Source of the DNA: Verrucomicrobiota bacterium
GTDB taxonomy: Bacteria; Verrucomicrobiota; Verrucomicrobiia; Limisphaerales; CANJSG01
Direction: 5' to 3'
Assembly: GCA_038209745.1 (NCBI GenBank)
Contig: JBBQXJ010000012.1
Span: forward strand, 1 to 64,000
DNA: 64,000 nucleotides
Part shown: one piece after another, positions 42,574-55,182 of the stretch
How the letters are laid out: each line of letters starts with the position of its first letter
How positions within the stretch are numbered: the first letter of the stretch is position 1
The notes under the pieces: model-generated
Databases searched by the model: none
What the model saw: the letters and a program-made list of their open reading frames with translations, nothing else
Told to the model about the DNA's origin: nothing
Made by a program: the position numbers and the translations under genes

Positions 42574-43461
42574 TCAAGGTGCCTTTGCCTTCGAAGGCAC
42601 AGTGTTGGTGGAAAACTGGACGTAGGCGAAGCACTCGGGGATGTGCGAGTCCCAGACCCCGTGACGGGTCCAAAACCAGCCGCCGGAATCCTTCGCGGGA
42701 AGCGGGGCCTTGTAGGAGTTGAAGCGCGAAAAATCCATCCGCCACACATCGCCTTCCTTCGGCGGGAGCGCGCGTCCATCGGTCGCGAGCCACTTCATGC
42801 TCTTCCACGGAAACGCCAGCTCGACGGTCCAGCCTTGGTCCACGTCGGAGTCGTCGTTGACCGTGCCGTCGAGATGCACCGCGTTCTTCCGTCCGGGAAA
42901 CTCCCACTTGAAATTCCCGACCCGACCGCCCCGCGGATGGTTGGTGAAACCGACGCCGTTGAACGGAACCATCAAGGGTTTGGCGAACCCGGGCATGGCC
43001 GGGAAGCCCGACTTCTCATAGGCGTCGTCCCAGACGAAGGCCACTTCGTAGACGGTGTTGTAGCCGTTGATCTCGAACTCGTAGTAGGCGTCGCGTCCGG
43101 CCACGAAGAACTCCACGTCGTTGTCGTAGTAGATGGGGTCGTTGTGCGTCTTGTATTTGGCGTGGAGCTTCGGCTCCTCCGCCCGGTAGGCCACGTAGAG
43201 GTAGTCGTCGTCCCACAGCACCATCGCCCTCGTGTCGTGGATCGTGGCGTCTCCGGAAATGATGTCCACGAAGCGCGGCGACGTGGGCGCGTTCTGCCAG
43301 TCCGCCTCGTCCAGCTTTCCGTCCACCTTGATCGGATGGTTCACCCGGAGCGCGGTGTAGTGCGCGATCTCGTTGCTCGGACACGGGAAAGCCCAACCGC
43401 CCTCCGCCGCCCGGACGGATTGGACGAGACACAGCGCGACGAGGAGCAGGAAGCGTTTCAT
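42574..43461 (-). CDS. Carbohydrate-binding family 9-like protein
   Basis: IKVDGKLDEADW, WDDDYLYV, YYEFEIN, WTVELAFPW, WRMDFSR. Confidence 0.85.
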   Translation of the reverse strand: MKRFLLLVALCLVQSVRAAEGGWAFPCPSNEIAHYTALRVNHPIKVDGKLDEADWQNAPTSPRFVDIISGDATIHDTRAMVLWDDDYLYVAYRAEEPKLHAKYKTHNDPIYYDNDVEFFVAGRDAYYEFEINGYNTVYEVAFVWDDAYEKSGFPAMPGFAKPLMVPFNGVGFTNHPRGGRVGNFKWEFPGRKNAVHLDGTVNDDSDVDQGWTVELAFPWKSMKWLATDGRALPPKEGDVWRMDFSRFNSYKAPLPAKDSGGWFWTRHGVWDSHIPECFAYVQFSTNTVPSKAKAP

Positions 43462-43478
43462 GACAATGGGCGGTCCGA

Positions 43479-45938
43479 TCAGCGGGTCTGTTTGGCGACG
43501 GTCAACCGGTCGGAGTCTCCGTTCTTCCGGATCGCGATCGAGGCCGCGAAGGCCAGTTCAGGATCGCCCCGGCGCGCCATGGTCTCGCAGAGGATGCGTA
43601 GACTGGGCGCCACCTTGACGGCCGTGGTCGCGCCGTTCAGCTCCACGTCCACGGGCTGGGTGAGATCGACCAACCGCGAATCCAGGAGCACGTCCACCGA
43701 GGCGACGTCGCTGCTGGCGGTCACCACCACGCGATTGTCGCGGCAGCTGGCGAGCACCTGCTTCTTCTTTGCGGGATCGTCCACGTGCAGCCAGAAGAAG
43801 TCGTGGATCACCGGGTCGGTCATCAGCCACGAGAGTTCACGCGGCACGGGGTTGCGCACGGCTGGAGCCATCTCCGGGATCAGATCGCGGTCCGGCAGTC
43901 CGCCGTGGCCGAAGCCCTGCTTGATGTCCACCGTCACCGGGTAAATGTCCTTCCGAGTTCCACGCAGTGTCTCGATCTCCGCGAGGAAGCGTTCGTTGCG
44001 TTCCCTGCGGCCATACATGGTGTCCTTCTCTCCGACCATCACGCTGAAGACCGTGTTCCGCAGGTTCATCGCGGCGGTCTCCCCTTCCGTGGCCGCCGCC
44101 GCCGAAGCGTGGATCGCCGCGAAATGGTCCGGCATCTTCGGCCCGATGGCGTAGGCGCCGTAGCCGCCATGGGAATAGCCCATGATGAAGACCTTGTTCG
44201 GGTCGACATCCGCGAAGAACAGCTCGCTCCGGATCAACTGCCCGATCAACGGATAGACGTAATCGTCGTAGAAGCCGTTCCAGGTGTCGTTCGGCGCCCG
44301 CAGCGCGACATACAGATAGCCGCCGGCTTCCGGATGATCCTTGTAGTAGCGCTGCATGATCTCCCATTGGCTGTCGTTCACCGCCTTCGGCGCGCCGCCA
44401 CCACCGTGCATCGCGATGAAGAGCGACCAGCCATTGGCCGGGCGTTCTCCAATGGTCTTCACGGTGTAGTGACTGAGATACTCGCCGAAGCGGACCTGGT
44501 TCCCGTCGAAATCCGCCTTCTCCGCCGCGTGGATCTTGGCCCCTAGGAACGCCTCCCACACCCCGTGCCGCGCCGCCGGCTCATTTTGCCCGAGCAGCGT
44601 GTCCAGCTTGCCGTCGAACTTCCACTCCGCCCGTCCTGCGGCATCCGCCATGAAATACCCGTTCACCGCCGCCGACAGTTCGCTCAAGGCAGCCGCGGAC
44701 AAGGCCTTCTCGATCTTCTGCGGCACATAGCACGCCATCGATGGCGCTCGGACGACCGGTGTAGGATCCAGCAGCAGCGTCACGACCTGCGACGCGTTGG
44801 TGCCGAATGCGACATCGTCCATCACGATCTTCGCTCCCGAGTCGGCCGTGATCCGGTAGCGATGCGAAGGCGACGCCTTGAACGCGGCGAAATCGTTTTG
44901 GTCGGCCGTCTCGGCCCGGCTGCGATCCACCTGCATCGAGGAAGGATCTCCCAGATCGGCCACGCTCAAGTCCGCGGCCACCCGCTTGCCGCCCGGAGCA
45001 TCCAGCACCTTCACCAGCAGGCGCGGACCCGCCAGCGCCGAGAACTGCGGACGAGCGGCATAGCGTTCGGTCACGTTGACCGCCGGCACCGATTGGTTGC
45101 CAGGCGCCCAGATCAAGGGAAAGGCCACACCCGTCCGCTTGAAGCTCGACGCATAGATCGAGTGCTGCGCCACATCCGCCCGCGCCTCCGAGGCATCGTG
45201 CACGAACCAACCGTGGTCCAACCCCTTCTCATCCGGTTCCGCCGCCCCCGCGAAGTGCCAACCCTCGTCCCAGACTTCCATCCAGGTGTGGTTGCCCCGC
45301 ATGTTCGACCACATCGGCGTGCCCACGACCCGCGCCGGGATCCCGACCGAACGGCATGCGTCCACCAGCAGGATGGAAAGCCCCGTGCAGGTGGCGACAC
45401 CGCTCGACATCGTCTCCGTCGGGTTTTGATCTGGACGCCTGCGGCCGGTGGAATACTTGACCTTGAGGAGGGGAAAGAGCTTTTGGTTCAGCCGATGGGC
45501 CGCTTCGCCCGGCGTCTTGCAGTCGGCGATGAGGGGCAGGCTGATGGCCCTGAGCTTGGTCCGCCATTCGTCCCGCTCCTCGTTCACGCTGGCGTAGGGC
45601 AGCACATCGTTCAGGAAGATCTTGCGCGGCACGGAGTCCTTCCACGGAGCGGCGTCCATCGCCTCGGTCGCGAGGCGGACGTTCGAGACCAGGAAGTCGG
45701 CGCCGAGAGTCCGCGCATCCTCCGCCGGCATGTTTTCGATCAGGAACAGCAGAGACTCCCGATCGGCACCGCGCAAAGTCGCCAGTGCTTTTTCCAACTG
45801 CGGACGGTTCGTTCCCGCATCCGTCATCCGGCTTTCCGCCGTCGCCGTCAACGCCACCGGTTCATCCGACACCGCGCCGCTGCGACACCCGGCCAAAGCG
45901 CCCGCCACGATCAGTAGAAATGCGACTCGCAACAACAT
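43479..45938 (-). CDS. Lipoprotein: transglutaminase-like domain fused to alpha/beta-hydrolase
   Basis: LAGC lipobox; TCTGLSILLVDACRSVGIPAR and NHTW.E.WD triad; HGGGG and GYSHGG nucleophile elbow. Confidence 0.85.
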   Translation of the reverse strand: MLLRVAFLLIVAGALAGCRSGAVSDEPVALTATAESRMTDAGTNRPQLEKALATLRGADRESLLFLIENMPAEDARTLGADFLVSNVRLATEAMDAAPWKDSVPRKIFLNDVLPYASVNEERDEWRTKLRAISLPLIADCKTPGEAAHRLNQKLFPLLKVKYSTGRRRPDQNPTETMSSGVATCTGLSILLVDACRSVGIPARVVGTPMWSNMRGNHTWMEVWDEGWHFAGAAEPDEKGLDHGWFVHDASEARADVAQHSIYASSFKRTGVAFPLIWAPGNQSVPAVNVTERYAARPQFSALAGPRLLVKVLDAPGGKRVAADLSVADLGDPSSMQVDRSRAETADQNDFAAFKASPSHRYRITADSGAKIVMDDVAFGTNASQVVTLLLDPTPVVRAPSMACYVPQKIEKALSAAALSELSAAVNGYFMADAAGRAEWKFDGKLDTLLGQNEPAARHGVWEAFLGAKIHAAEKADFDGNQVRFGEYLSHYTVKTIGERPANGWSLFIAMHGGGGAPKAVNDSQWEIMQRYYKDHPEAGGYLYVALRAPNDTWNGFYDDYVYPLIGQLIRSELFFADVDPNKVFIMGYSHGGYGAYAIGPKMPDHFAAIHASAAAATEGETAAMNLRNTVFSVMVGEKDTMYGRRERNERFLAEIETLRGTRKDIYPVTVDIKQGFGHGGLPDRDLIPEMAPAVRNPVPRELSWLMTDPVIHDFFWLHVDDPAKKKQVLASCRDNRVVVTASSDVASVDVLLDSRLVDLTQPVDVELNGATTAVKVAPSLRILCETMARRGDPELAFAASIAIRKNGDSDRLTVAKQTR

Positions 45939-46140
45939 TTCGAGACCTTGGCGGCAGGTCCGCGAGAACGCATCGCCAAACTGGGACCCGACCAAAATCG
46001 GGGGTCCAACCCGGACCCGCCGACCATCCGGGTTTCTGGAACGCGGCGCCTCCCCGGAATCCCAGGCTCCCCGCCAGTCAACCCGTCCGACACCACGCCG
46101 CTCGTTGACAGGATTCGCCCGGCCGGTCATTCAAGCGCCG

Positions 46141-46782
46141 ATGAATCCTCTCAAATACTGTCTGACCCTGCTGGCCCCGGCACTGCTGCTGGCCGGCTGT
46201 GTTTCGGCCCAGAACTCCGGTCACTGGGTCTCCCTCTTCAACGGCAAGAACCTCGACGGCTGGACCGCCAACGAGAGTCCCGAGACCTTCTCCGTGAAAG
46301 ATGGAGAACTGGTTGTCCGGGGCAACCGCGCCCATCTCTTCTACACCGGTCCGGTCAACGGCGGGAACTTCACCAACTTCGTCATCAAGCTCGAGATCAA
46401 GACCTATCCCAAGGCCAACTCCGGCGTTTATTTCCATACCCAGTTCCAGAAAGACGGCTGGCCAGCCAAGGGCTACGAGATCCAGGTCAACAACTCCCAT
46501 TCCGACCTCAAGCGCACCGCCGGAGTCTACGGCATCGACGACAACTACGACGCCGTCGCCAAGGACGGCGAATGGTTCACCATGGAGATCAAGGTCCAGG
46601 GCAAGCACATCGTCACCATGATCAACGACAAGGTCATCAAGAACTACATCGAACCTGAAGGCGTGAAGCGCCCGGACAGCTTCATCGGCCGGCTGATCAG
46701 CCACGGCACCTTCGCCCTCCAGGGCCATGACCCCGGGAGCGAAGTCCACTACAAGAGCGTCATGGTGCAGGTCCTGCCTTGA
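46141..46782 (+). CDS. DUF1080 / 3-keto-disaccharide hydrolase family lipoprotein
   Basis: LAGC, LFNGKNLDGW, NSGVYF, GYEIQV, ALQGHD. Confidence 0.9.
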   Translation: MNPLKYCLTLLAPALLLAGCVSAQNSGHWVSLFNGKNLDGWTANESPETFSVKDGELVVRGNRAHLFYTGPVNGGNFTNFVIKLEIKTYPKANSGVYFHTQFQKDGWPAKGYEIQVNNSHSDLKRTAGVYGIDDNYDAVAKDGEWFTMEIKVQGKHIVTMINDKVIKNYIEPEGVKRPDSFIGRLISHGTFALQGHDPGSEVHYKSVMVQVLP

Positions 46783-46807
46783 GCAGCACGCCTCCAGGAA
46801 GCCCACG

Positions 46808-46834
46808 AAAAGGCCCGCTTCGGCGGGCTTTTTT
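46808..46834 (+). terminator. Intrinsic terminator
   Basis: GCCCGC-TTCG-GCGGGC followed by TTTTTT. Confidence 0.85.
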
Positions 46835-47090
46835 GTTTGTCCACCTCCGCCTGGCCCACTGGCCGGGCAGGTGGGCGGAGCGATGCTCCCGCGAGCCGCA
46901 CCAAGGTTCCGCTCCCCGAAGCCGGGAATGCGGCGGCTCTCCAATCAATGAAGGTCGGGGAATTTCACCACGCTCTGCGCCGGGAACCCCAAAGGCGTTT
47001 CTTGATTCCGTCCAGGATCGGGCGAGATAGCCGCAAACGGTTCCGCCACTTTCCACTTCGCTCTTCGCCGTTCCGCTCTACCGTTTCGTC

Positions 47091-47957
47091 ATGACGATCA
47101 TCACCGATGAACGCTGTGCCGGATACGGCTCGGCCGGGCATCCTGAGAGGCCTTCCCGCATCACCGGCACTTTGGCTCGGTTGCGTTCCCAGACGGATCT
47201 CCCGCTGGAATGGACCGAACCGGCCGCCGTCGCCGATGAGCAACTGCTCCGCGCCCATTCGGCCGAACACCTCCGGGCCATCGCCGAAGCAAGGGCCGCG
47301 TTCGACGCCGACACGCCGGCCCATCTGGACATCGACGCTCACGCCCGTCGCTCCGTAGGCGGCGCGTTGCGGGCTCTGTCCTTGGCCCGCGAAGGCAAAC
47401 AGTCGTTCAGCCTGTTGCGTCCGCCCGGCCATCATGCCACGCGGACCCAGGCGATGGGGTTCTGCTACTTCAACTCCATCGCCGTGGCCGCGCTCGAAGC
47501 CCTGGCCACGGGCACCAACCGGGTGGCGGTCTTCGACTTCGACGTGCATCACGGGAACGGCACCGAAGCCATCTTGCTGGACCACCCCGGCGCGGTCTTC
47601 CATTCCATCCATCAGAGCCCCTGCTATCCCGGCACCGGCGCGTCGAACCTGGGCCGAAACTGCTTCAACCATCCCGTGCCGCCGCGCTACCCGCGTGACG
47701 ACTACCGCAAGGTCCTGGCCGGAGCGCTGGCCCGAGTGGCGTCGTTCCAGCCCGGCTTGATCGCCGTCTCCGCCGGGTTCGACGCCTACGCCCGCGATCC
47801 CATCGCGCAGGAGACGCTGGAAGCGGAGGATTTCCATTGGCTCGGCGGCGAGATCCGCAAGGTCGGCATTCCCTTCTTCAGCATCCTTGAAGGCGGCTAC
47901 AGCGACGACCTCCCGGAACTGGTCCTCGCGTATCTGACGGGAATCGCTTCCGATTGA
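47091..47957 (+). CDS. Histone deacetylase family protein
   Basis: HPERPSR, RPPGHHA, GFCYFN, DFDVHHGNGT, SAGFD, LEGGY. Confidence 0.93.
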   Translation: MTIITDERCAGYGSAGHPERPSRITGTLARLRSQTDLPLEWTEPAAVADEQLLRAHSAEHLRAIAEARAAFDADTPAHLDIDAHARRSVGGALRALSLAREGKQSFSLLRPPGHHATRTQAMGFCYFNSIAVAALEALATGTNRVAVFDFDVHHGNGTEAILLDHPGAVFHSIHQSPCYPGTGASNLGRNCFNHPVPPRYPRDDYRKVLAGALARVASFQPGLIAVSAGFDAYARDPIAQETLEAEDFHWLGGEIRKVGIPFFSILEGGYSDDLPELVLAYLTGIASD

Positions 47958-48012
47958 CGGACGATGAACAGCCCGATCCATCGAAGCTCGCCGCCCGGAA
48001 ACCACCCACTGG

Positions 48013-48195
48013 ATGAAGGCATATCTGAGCACCATCGGCACGGTCTCCGGCCTGATCACGGCGGCGCCCATCGGGCGGGTTTCCTTGGAAGGAACCCAAC
48101 TGGCGACGGATCCTTTGCTCATCCTGCTAACTCTCTTGTCCGTCGCGCTCTGCGTTTGGGCGTTTTGGCGGCTCAAGCAAGTGCGCCGCATGTGA
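48013..48195 (+). CDS. Small two-TM hypothetical membrane protein, possibly decayed
   Basis: 60 aa, two hydrophobic segments, basic C-terminus. Confidence 0.5.
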   Translation: MKAYLSTIGTVSGLITAAPIGRVSLEGTQLATDPLLILLTLLSVALCVWAFWRLKQVRRM

Positions 48196-48287
48196 TACAG
48201 TGAACCTCCTCGCTCGACGAGACGACGACGGCGACAGTCCGAACGGGCCGGGCGATACCGGCCCCATCTTGGAAGCGAGAAACGACC

Positions 48288-50798
<2,511 letters not shown>

Positions 50799-50826
50799 CC
50801 CCGGTCGGCTCTGCGAAAGAGAACGG

Positions 50827-51762
50827 TCAGCGGAGGTAGTCGAGCAGGGACTGGCTGAGGATCTTGCCGCCGGACTGGAGAGCGGCCTTGTAGGCCGTCT
50901 GGGTCTGGTTGAGCTTCACCAGAGTGTCTGCGAGGTCCGCATCGGCCTCCTTCGACACCAGCTTGGTGAGCGAATCACTCCGTTGCTTGACGATCGCGGT
51001 GGTGGCTTCGAGCCGGGACTGGACGACGCCGTTGGTCCCGATATGGAAAAGAAAGCTGTTCTCGTCTTTCTGAAGGTTGGCCAGGTCCGTCTTGTTGATC
51101 GCGGCGGCGTTCCCGGAGTTGAGATTGTCACGGAGGGAGATGAGGTGCTGGAAGATGTCGGCTCCGGAGGCAGAATCGACAAACAGACCGCGTCCGCCGG
51201 ATCCGGTGCTGTTGGCCCCGATCGTCTGCGAGCTCAGCAGAACTTTTTCGGAGATCTCGCTGGACGGGAGCTCGGTGTTGCCTCCGTAGGACACACCGGT
51301 GATGGAGCCCGAAGCGTCCCGGGTCACGGTAAAGGGTTCCTTGTCCGGAACGGTGCCACCGAAGATGTAGTCGCCGCGGTTCTTCGTGTTGCTGAGCTGC
51401 ACCGCCTGGGCCAGCAGGGAGTCGACCTCGATGCCGAGGGTTTTCAGGGTCTCGGGGGACTTGGTGCCGTCGGCCAGAGTGGCGATCTCGGCGGCCCGGT
51501 CGACGAGGGACTTGCTCTGTTTGATCGCCGTGAACGACGCGGAAGCGAGCTCCTGGTGACGGGAGATATTGCGCTGGTATTGATCGAGAGTCTTGGTCTC
51601 GCCCTGCATGTCGAGCACGCGCCGGACCGATGCCGGGTCGTCCTCGGCATTGGTGATGCGCTGCCCGGTGGCGGTCTCCGCCTGGAAGCCGTTCTGCTGG
51701 GTGTTGAGCCGGCTCAACTGGTCGATCAGCCCATTGGGGAAGGTGTTGAAGGTGACTCGCAT
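50827..51762 (-). CDS. flgL: Flagellar hook-associated protein 3
   Basis: MRVT..TGQRI..DDP, YIFGG, SLLDYLR; follows flgK. Confidence 0.88.
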   Translation of the reverse strand: MRVTFNTFPNGLIDQLSRLNTQQNGFQAETATGQRITNAEDDPASVRRVLDMQGETKTLDQYQRNISRHQELASASFTAIKQSKSLVDRAAEIATLADGTKSPETLKTLGIEVDSLLAQAVQLSNTKNRGDYIFGGTVPDKEPFTVTRDASGSITGVSYGGNTELPSSEISEKVLLSSQTIGANSTGSGGRGLFVDSASGADIFQHLISLRDNLNSGNAAAINKTDLANLQKDENSFLFHIGTNGVVQSRLEATTAIVKQRSDSLTKLVSKEADADLADTLVKLNQTQTAYKAALQSGGKILSQSLLDYLR

Positions 51763-51804
51763 GAGGGTCGGATTGGGGGTTCAACAGGCACCGGTCGGAT
51801 TCGA

Positions 51805-53202
51805 TCACCGTTTCAGGTTCATCACGATGTCGAGCATCTGGTCGATGGTGGAGATCAGCTTGGCGGAGGCCTGGAAGGCTCTCTGGTATTTGATGAGGTC
51901 GGTCATCTCCTCGTCGACGGAGACGCCCATGACGGCGTCGCGCTGGCGCACGAGCATGCTCTGGACGATGTCCTGGTTGCCGATCTGTGTGTTGATCGAC
52001 GAAAGGTCCTGCCCCATGGCGGCGACGGCCTGGTTGTAGGAGCCGGACAAGGTCTGGTCCTTGAGGCCGGCCTGGCTCTCCGAAGCGAGCTGGGCCAACT
52101 GCAGGACGACCTTGTTGTTGCCGGCGGCCCCGGCGGTGTCTGACGCCTGGATGAGACGGGGATCCCCCGCGACCGTGGCATTGACCTTGATGGAAGTGGC
52201 ATCGGTGCCGGTGAAGAGGTTTTCGCCGGTCGAACCGGTGAGGCTGAAGCCGGCCGAGTGGATGGCGTTGACCCGGCTGATCAGCGTGGAGGCGATCTGG
52301 TCGAGGTTGCCCCGGACGGAGGCCAGATCCGTGTCCCGCGAGTCGATGCTGCCGCGGATGGTGCCGCCCGCGGCGTCCAGCGGAGTCTGGGACGTGGTGG
52401 TGCGGAGCAGCAGTTTGCCACCGCCCGAATCGAAGGTTTCGAGCGTGTCGGAAAGGACGGCGCCGCTGATCAGCGTCTGGCCGTCGACGCTGATTTGAAC
52501 GGAGCCGTTCGAGGCCTCGGAGGCGGTGAACTTCAAGAGCGACGCCAGCGACTCCATCTGCGTCTGCCGGACATCGCGCAGGTCGTTGGCGCGCCCGCCC
52601 GCGCCCTGCTCGGTCTTGGTGATCTCGCCGTTGAGCTTGGCGATGTCGGTCAAGATGAGGTTGGCCTTTTTGGTGTCGACGTTGATCGAGTCGTTGAGCC
52701 CGGCCGCCACGTTGTCGAGGCGGGCCCCGACTTGGTTGAACTGGGTCGCCAGATTCTGCGCCTTGAGGATGAGGATCTGGCGTTCCGCAAGGTCGGTGGG
52801 ACTGCTCGAGACGCTCTGGAACGCGGTGAAGAGGCCCGACATTTCCTCGGCGATGCCGTGTTGGCCGCCGGACCCGGCGGTGTCGATCTGCTGCCCGAGG
52901 CTGGCCTGGGCGAATTGGAGTCCCTTTTGCTGGGCGCTGAGCTGACCCTTGATGCTCGCCTCGCTGAGGATCTGGCGATCAAGCACCACGTCGCGGAGCT
53001 GTGCGATGCCGACCCCGTCCGCGCCCGAGCCCTGGGGGCCGAGGGCGGAGGGCACGGTGATGCTGGTCTGGATCTGGACGCGCTGGCGGGCGTAGCCGGG
53101 CGTGTTGACGTTCGCCAGGTTGTTGCCGGCGACTTCGGTCCCCAGCTGCTGGGTAGCCAGCGAGCGGGTTCCCATGTTGAGGGTGCCGAATAGTCCGAGC
53201 AT
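51805..53202 (-). CDS. flgK: Flagellar hook-associated protein 1
   Basis: NNLANVNTPGYARQ, NDLRD.R, GVSVDEEM..YQRAFQASAK. Confidence 0.93.
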   Translation of the reverse strand: MLGLFGTLNMGTRSLATQQLGTEVAGNNLANVNTPGYARQRVQIQTSITVPSALGPQGSGADGVGIAQLRDVVLDRQILSEASIKGQLSAQQKGLQFAQASLGQQIDTAGSGGQHGIAEEMSGLFTAFQSVSSSPTDLAERQILILKAQNLATQFNQVGARLDNVAAGLNDSINVDTKKANLILTDIAKLNGEITKTEQGAGGRANDLRDVRQTQMESLASLLKFTASEASNGSVQISVDGQTLISGAVLSDTLETFDSGGGKLLLRTTTSQTPLDAAGGTIRGSIDSRDTDLASVRGNLDQIASTLISRVNAIHSAGFSLTGSTGENLFTGTDATSIKVNATVAGDPRLIQASDTAGAAGNNKVVLQLAQLASESQAGLKDQTLSGSYNQAVAAMGQDLSSINTQIGNQDIVQSMLVRQRDAVMGVSVDEEMTDLIKYQRAFQASAKLISTIDQMLDIVMNLKR

Positions 53203-53210
53203 GGATTCTA

Positions 53211-53714
53211 TCAGCCGACGGCGTCGTAGAGCGGCCGGAACGCGGGGATTCCGGACGGCAACGAGCCGCGGCCATTATAGGTCTGGGTGTCGTCTCTCGG
53301 GAAAAGGCTCGAGAGGAAACTCTGCATCAGGTCGAGGGAACGGCGCATGAGCAGGTGGTTCTGTCGGCTGCGCTGCTGCACGCGGACGAGGAGCTGGTTG
53401 TTCTCGTCGACGAGAGCCTGCACGAGCGGTCGATAATCGGCGGGCAGCACCGGGACGAGTTCACTGAACGGAGCGTCGGAAGCGCGGCCGACCCACCGGG
53501 CGAACGCGCCGCGACAGGCTTCGCGGCGATTGCGCGCCTGCTCGACGTCACGCATCTGGGTCTGGATCTGCTGGGCTGCGGAGACGACGCCGTCGGACTG
53601 CCGGTTCATGACCGACTCCTGCTGCTGATCCAGCAGCGCGAGGATGCCGCCGTAGGTGGTAAGCTCCTCGCGGAGAGCGCCGACCAGATCGTTGATGGAC
53701 TGCATGGAATTCAT
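53211..53714 (-). CDS. flgN: Flagellar export chaperone FlgN
   Basis: Helical protein with N..L..S and TY..G motifs, directly upstream of flgK. Confidence 0.7.
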   Translation of the reverse strand: MNSMQSINDLVGALREELTTYGGILALLDQQQESVMNRQSDGVVSAAQQIQTQMRDVEQARNRREACRGAFARWVGRASDAPFSELVPVLPADYRPLVQALVDENNQLLVRVQQRSRQNHLLMRRSLDLMQSFLSSLFPRDDTQTYNGRGSLPSGIPAFRPLYDAVG

Positions 53715-54070
53715 TTCTGTGGGTTGCCGGAGGCGGAATCCGCGTGACGGCCGGAATTGGGGATCTGCCGGAGAAGCTGCGCCTGGAGACTGGAGGCGAC
53801 GCCGATGCCGCCACTGTGGGTGATGGAGTCGGCCAGGCGGTCGGTGACCATGTCGGTGTAGGCGCGGGTCTCGGAGGAACCGCCCCCGAGGGCGGGGTCG
53901 GTCATGGGCTGCCGGGCCTCGCGGAGCATCTGGCGGATCATCACCCCTTCGAACTGGCGGGCGAGCTCGGCCACCTTCTGCTGCTCGGTGATCACCGAAC
54001 TGGTGGAAAGCTGCTCGACGGAGAGGTCGGAGGCCCGGACGCCGGAATTGGTTGCACCGATATTCATCAA
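53711..54070 (-). CDS. flgJ: Short FlgJ (rod-binding domain only)
   Basis: ARQFEGVMIRQML..R, LADSI..GGIGVA..L..QL; no muramidase domain. Confidence 0.75.
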   Translation of the reverse strand: MMNIGATNSGVRASDLSVEQLSTSSVITEQQKVAELARQFEGVMIRQMLREARQPMTDPALGGGSSETRAYTDMVTDRLADSITHSGGIGVASSLQAQLLRQIPNSGRHADSASGNPQK

Positions 54071-55173
54071 CGAAGAATCAGCTCAGCTTGAAGTGCGCCA
54101 GCCTGTTTCATGGCCTGAAAGATGGACATCATGTCGCGTGGAGTGACACCCAGGGAGTTCAACGACTGGGCGACCTTTTCCACGGTGGGCATTTCCTGCA
54201 GGGGGATCAGGGCACCCTTTTCCTCATGGAGGGCGGTGTCGGTCTGCTGGGTCACCGTGGTGTTCCCGGTTTTGCTGAAGGCGTTCGGCTGCGAGACGTT
54301 CGCGTTGTTCGCGATGGTGATGGTGATGTTGCCGTGGGAAACGGCGCAGGCCGCGATGCGGATGCGGGCCGTGGCGACGATGGTGCCGGTGCGTTCGTTG
54401 ATGATGATGCGGGCCGGAAGGTCCGACTCGACCTCGACCGCTTCCAGCGCGGCGATGAAGTCCACCGAAGCGGAGCGGAACTCTTCCGGCACTTCGACGC
54501 GCACGGTCGTGGAGTCCAGCGCGCGGGAGATGGCGTTGGTAAACCGCAGGTTGAGCGCCGCGGCCAAGCGGGAGGCCGAGGTGAAGTCGGGTTCGCGGAG
54601 GAGAACGTCGAGAGTGTTGTCATGGACCAGGGTGAACGGGATCTCCCGCTCAACGATGGCCCCGCCGACGATCTGACCGACGGTGGGATGGTTCTTCTGG
54701 ACGGAAGCCACCTCGTTGCCGGCGCTGAAGCCGCCGATCGACATGTTGCCCTGGGCGACGGCGTAGACGACGTCGTCCGCGCCGAACAGGGGGGTCTGGA
54801 GAAGGACACCACCCTGGAGGGTCTTGGCGTCGCCAATGGAGCTGATGGTGACGTCGATCCTGCTCCCCTCTTTCTTGAAGGCGGGGATGTCCGCGGTCAC
54901 GAGCACGAGGGCGACGTTCTTGGAGGAGAGGGCGGCGGGCGGGACCTTGATGCCGCGGCGCTCCAGGGCGCTGGCAAAGGCTTGGAGGGTGTAGAGAGGA
55001 TTCTTGTCGCCATCGCCATTGATGCCGGTGACGAGTCCGATGCCGGTGAGCTGGTTGTCCCGGACGCCGCCGACGACGGCGATGTCCTTCACCCGCGACA
55101 GCAGGGCGGCCCCCGTGGACCAGGGTCCAACAAGGGCGACCACCACAAAACCGACCAGAATCCGGGTCATCAT
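54067..55173 (-). CDS. flgI: Flagellar P-ring protein
   Basis: RVKDI..GVRDNQLTGIGLV, KNVA.V.VTA, INERTGTIV, GALQAEL. Confidence 0.95.
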   Translation of the reverse strand: MMTRILVGFVVVALVGPWSTGAALLSRVKDIAVVGGVRDNQLTGIGLVTGINGDGDKNPLYTLQAFASALERRGIKVPPAALSSKNVALVLVTADIPAFKKEGSRIDVTISSIGDAKTLQGGVLLQTPLFGADDVVYAVAQGNMSIGGFSAGNEVASVQKNHPTVGQIVGGAIVEREIPFTLVHDNTLDVLLREPDFTSASRLAAALNLRFTNAISRALDSTTVRVEVPEEFRSASVDFIAALEAVEVESDLPARIIINERTGTIVATARIRIAACAVSHGNITITIANNANVSQPNAFSKTGNTTVTQQTDTALHEEKGALIPLQEMPTVEKVAQSLNSLGVTPRDMMSIFQAMKQAGALQAELILR

Positions 55174-55182
55174 GTCAGGCGA

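Noticed and set aside
46105..46140. TTGACA-N17-CATTCA leaderless promoter for the DUF1080 gene
   Set aside because: The -10 match is too weak to call without TSS data.
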